The position numbers and the translations under genes are program-made. The notes below the pieces were generated by a model that worked only from the letters and a program-made list of their open reading frames with translations, was not told the origin of the DNA and did not search any database. A stretch of DNA of 64,000 nucleotides from Callorhinchus milii (lineage: Eukaryota): positions 1 through 64,000 of the forward strand of contig NW_024705146.1 of NCBI RefSeq assembly GCF_018977255.1, written 5' to 3'. This document shows positions 62,621 through 64,000 of this stretch, one piece after another (the stretch's first letter is position 1; the number at the start of each line of letters is the position of its first letter).

Positions 62621-64000
62621 ACGAGCGGTGCTGGGTAACTGAATAACTTATTCGAGAATTGAAGCTTTCGTCAACTGCAGGAATGACTCAACTCGTTGTA
62701 CACTCATTGGCTCTTTCGGTAAAGTCACGCGTCGAGGGATGATGGGGCGTGGGTGCTGAACCCGTCGCAATAAAAAACAAACTCGCGACGGCTTTTAACG
62801 AATATATTATGTTAATTTATTTAATTTCTTTACCGAAATAACCAATGAGCAATTCCTGCAGTCACCAAAGCTTAGATCCTAGATTATGTTAATGAGCCGC
62901 CAGTCACTGGGCGTAGCTTTGCCCAAATAAGGATTGTACGGGAACAGACATCGACGGTGACCAAGCAGGGGTGACATCACGTCTCTAGCGAGGCGCACCG
63001 CCCCCCCGTGGCGTTTCACGCCGATGAGGTAATGCTTAGTGGTGACGTCAGAGAGCGGGGTCAGAGTTCAAGTTTGCGTCCAGAGGCCGTCCATAAATGA
63101 CGTCACGCGATTTTGGACGATTTTTTATCCCCCCTCCCCCCCTCGTCACACGGCGTCACAAAAAGTCAGACCCCCCTCAATATGACGTCACAAAGCTCTA
63201 CCCCCCCCCTTCAAAAAAACACGCTTCAAATCGCTTAAACTATTGTCATTGTAGTGCGTATTTAATGTGGCGCTGCACTCTGATGTTGTAGAGAAAAACA
63301 TTTATTCAAAAGGAGACCAGGGGGGTGGGGGTTGAGAAATGTGACGTCACATCAAAATGCGCAACTTTAAATACATATAGACAACACGTTCTACTTAATT
63401 AAATAGACTTTTTAATAAATGTTTTCTCCTACAACATCAGAATGCAGCGCCACATTAAATACGCACTACAATGACAATAGTTTAAAGCAATTTGAAGCGT
63501 GTTATATTTTATTTGGGGGGCAGAGCTGTGTGACGTCATATTTGAGGGGGTTTGACTTTTTGTGACGCCGTGTGACGCGGGGGGGGTCAAAAATCGTCCA
63601 AAATCGCGTGACCTCATTTATGGACGGCCCCCATAACCAGTGGAGATGATTTTTTTAACCGGTCCTGAGCCGCCCCTACATCGACTCAGCCTCAAATGCG
63701 TACCCGGTGCGGTGTGCGAATATCGCCACCCGCTAACAGCACTTGCCCCAATAGTCTGTGAAGGCTATACCGGGGGGGATCTTTGTCTTTGTATGTACAC
63801 ACACAACACGTGGCCGATTACACAGATTAAAGGTCTCGACACACGTTGCCGTGAAAGTTCACAAATTCACGTGTCTGGTTTATTGTGTTTGGTTACAATA
63901 ATTCAAAACTCGTAAATTACAGGGCGTTTCAGAAGGGTGGACCGCATCTGCTTTGAAATTGGGTGTTATGTCATTTCTGTACGATTCCAATCATTTTCGA

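Overview
Eukaryotic, vertebrate-like genomic DNA dominated by decayed and nested mobile elements. A lamprey-like source is only an inference from the repeat content. Retroelements include three Ty3/Gypsy LTR remnants (one with both LTRs, PBS and PPT), two further lone LTRs, an RTE-clade LINE and Nin-domain-like SINEs. A 5'-truncated Penelope-like element (RT + GIY-YIG) carries a minimal hammerhead-ribozyme motif in its 3' repeat, and many short, often fold-back, derivatives of that repeat are scattered through the window. DNA transposons include a full-length Tc1 copy and hAT, pogo/Tigger, piggyBac-like and Harbinger-like MITEs. Host features are a decaying tRNA-Gly(GCC) array (34.4-42.0 kb) and a ~9 kb tandem duplication (46.5-64 kb). 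Each duplication unit carries a C2H2 zinc-finger gene (15 vs 13 fingers, shuffled) with an acidic tail rich in SUMO-consensus motifs. The most anomalous stretch is 41984-46373, right after a 30-N gap: ~4.4 kb of featureless, ~50% GC, random-looking sequence unlike the rest of the window, most likely artificial or an assembly artefact. All coordinates were counted by eye.
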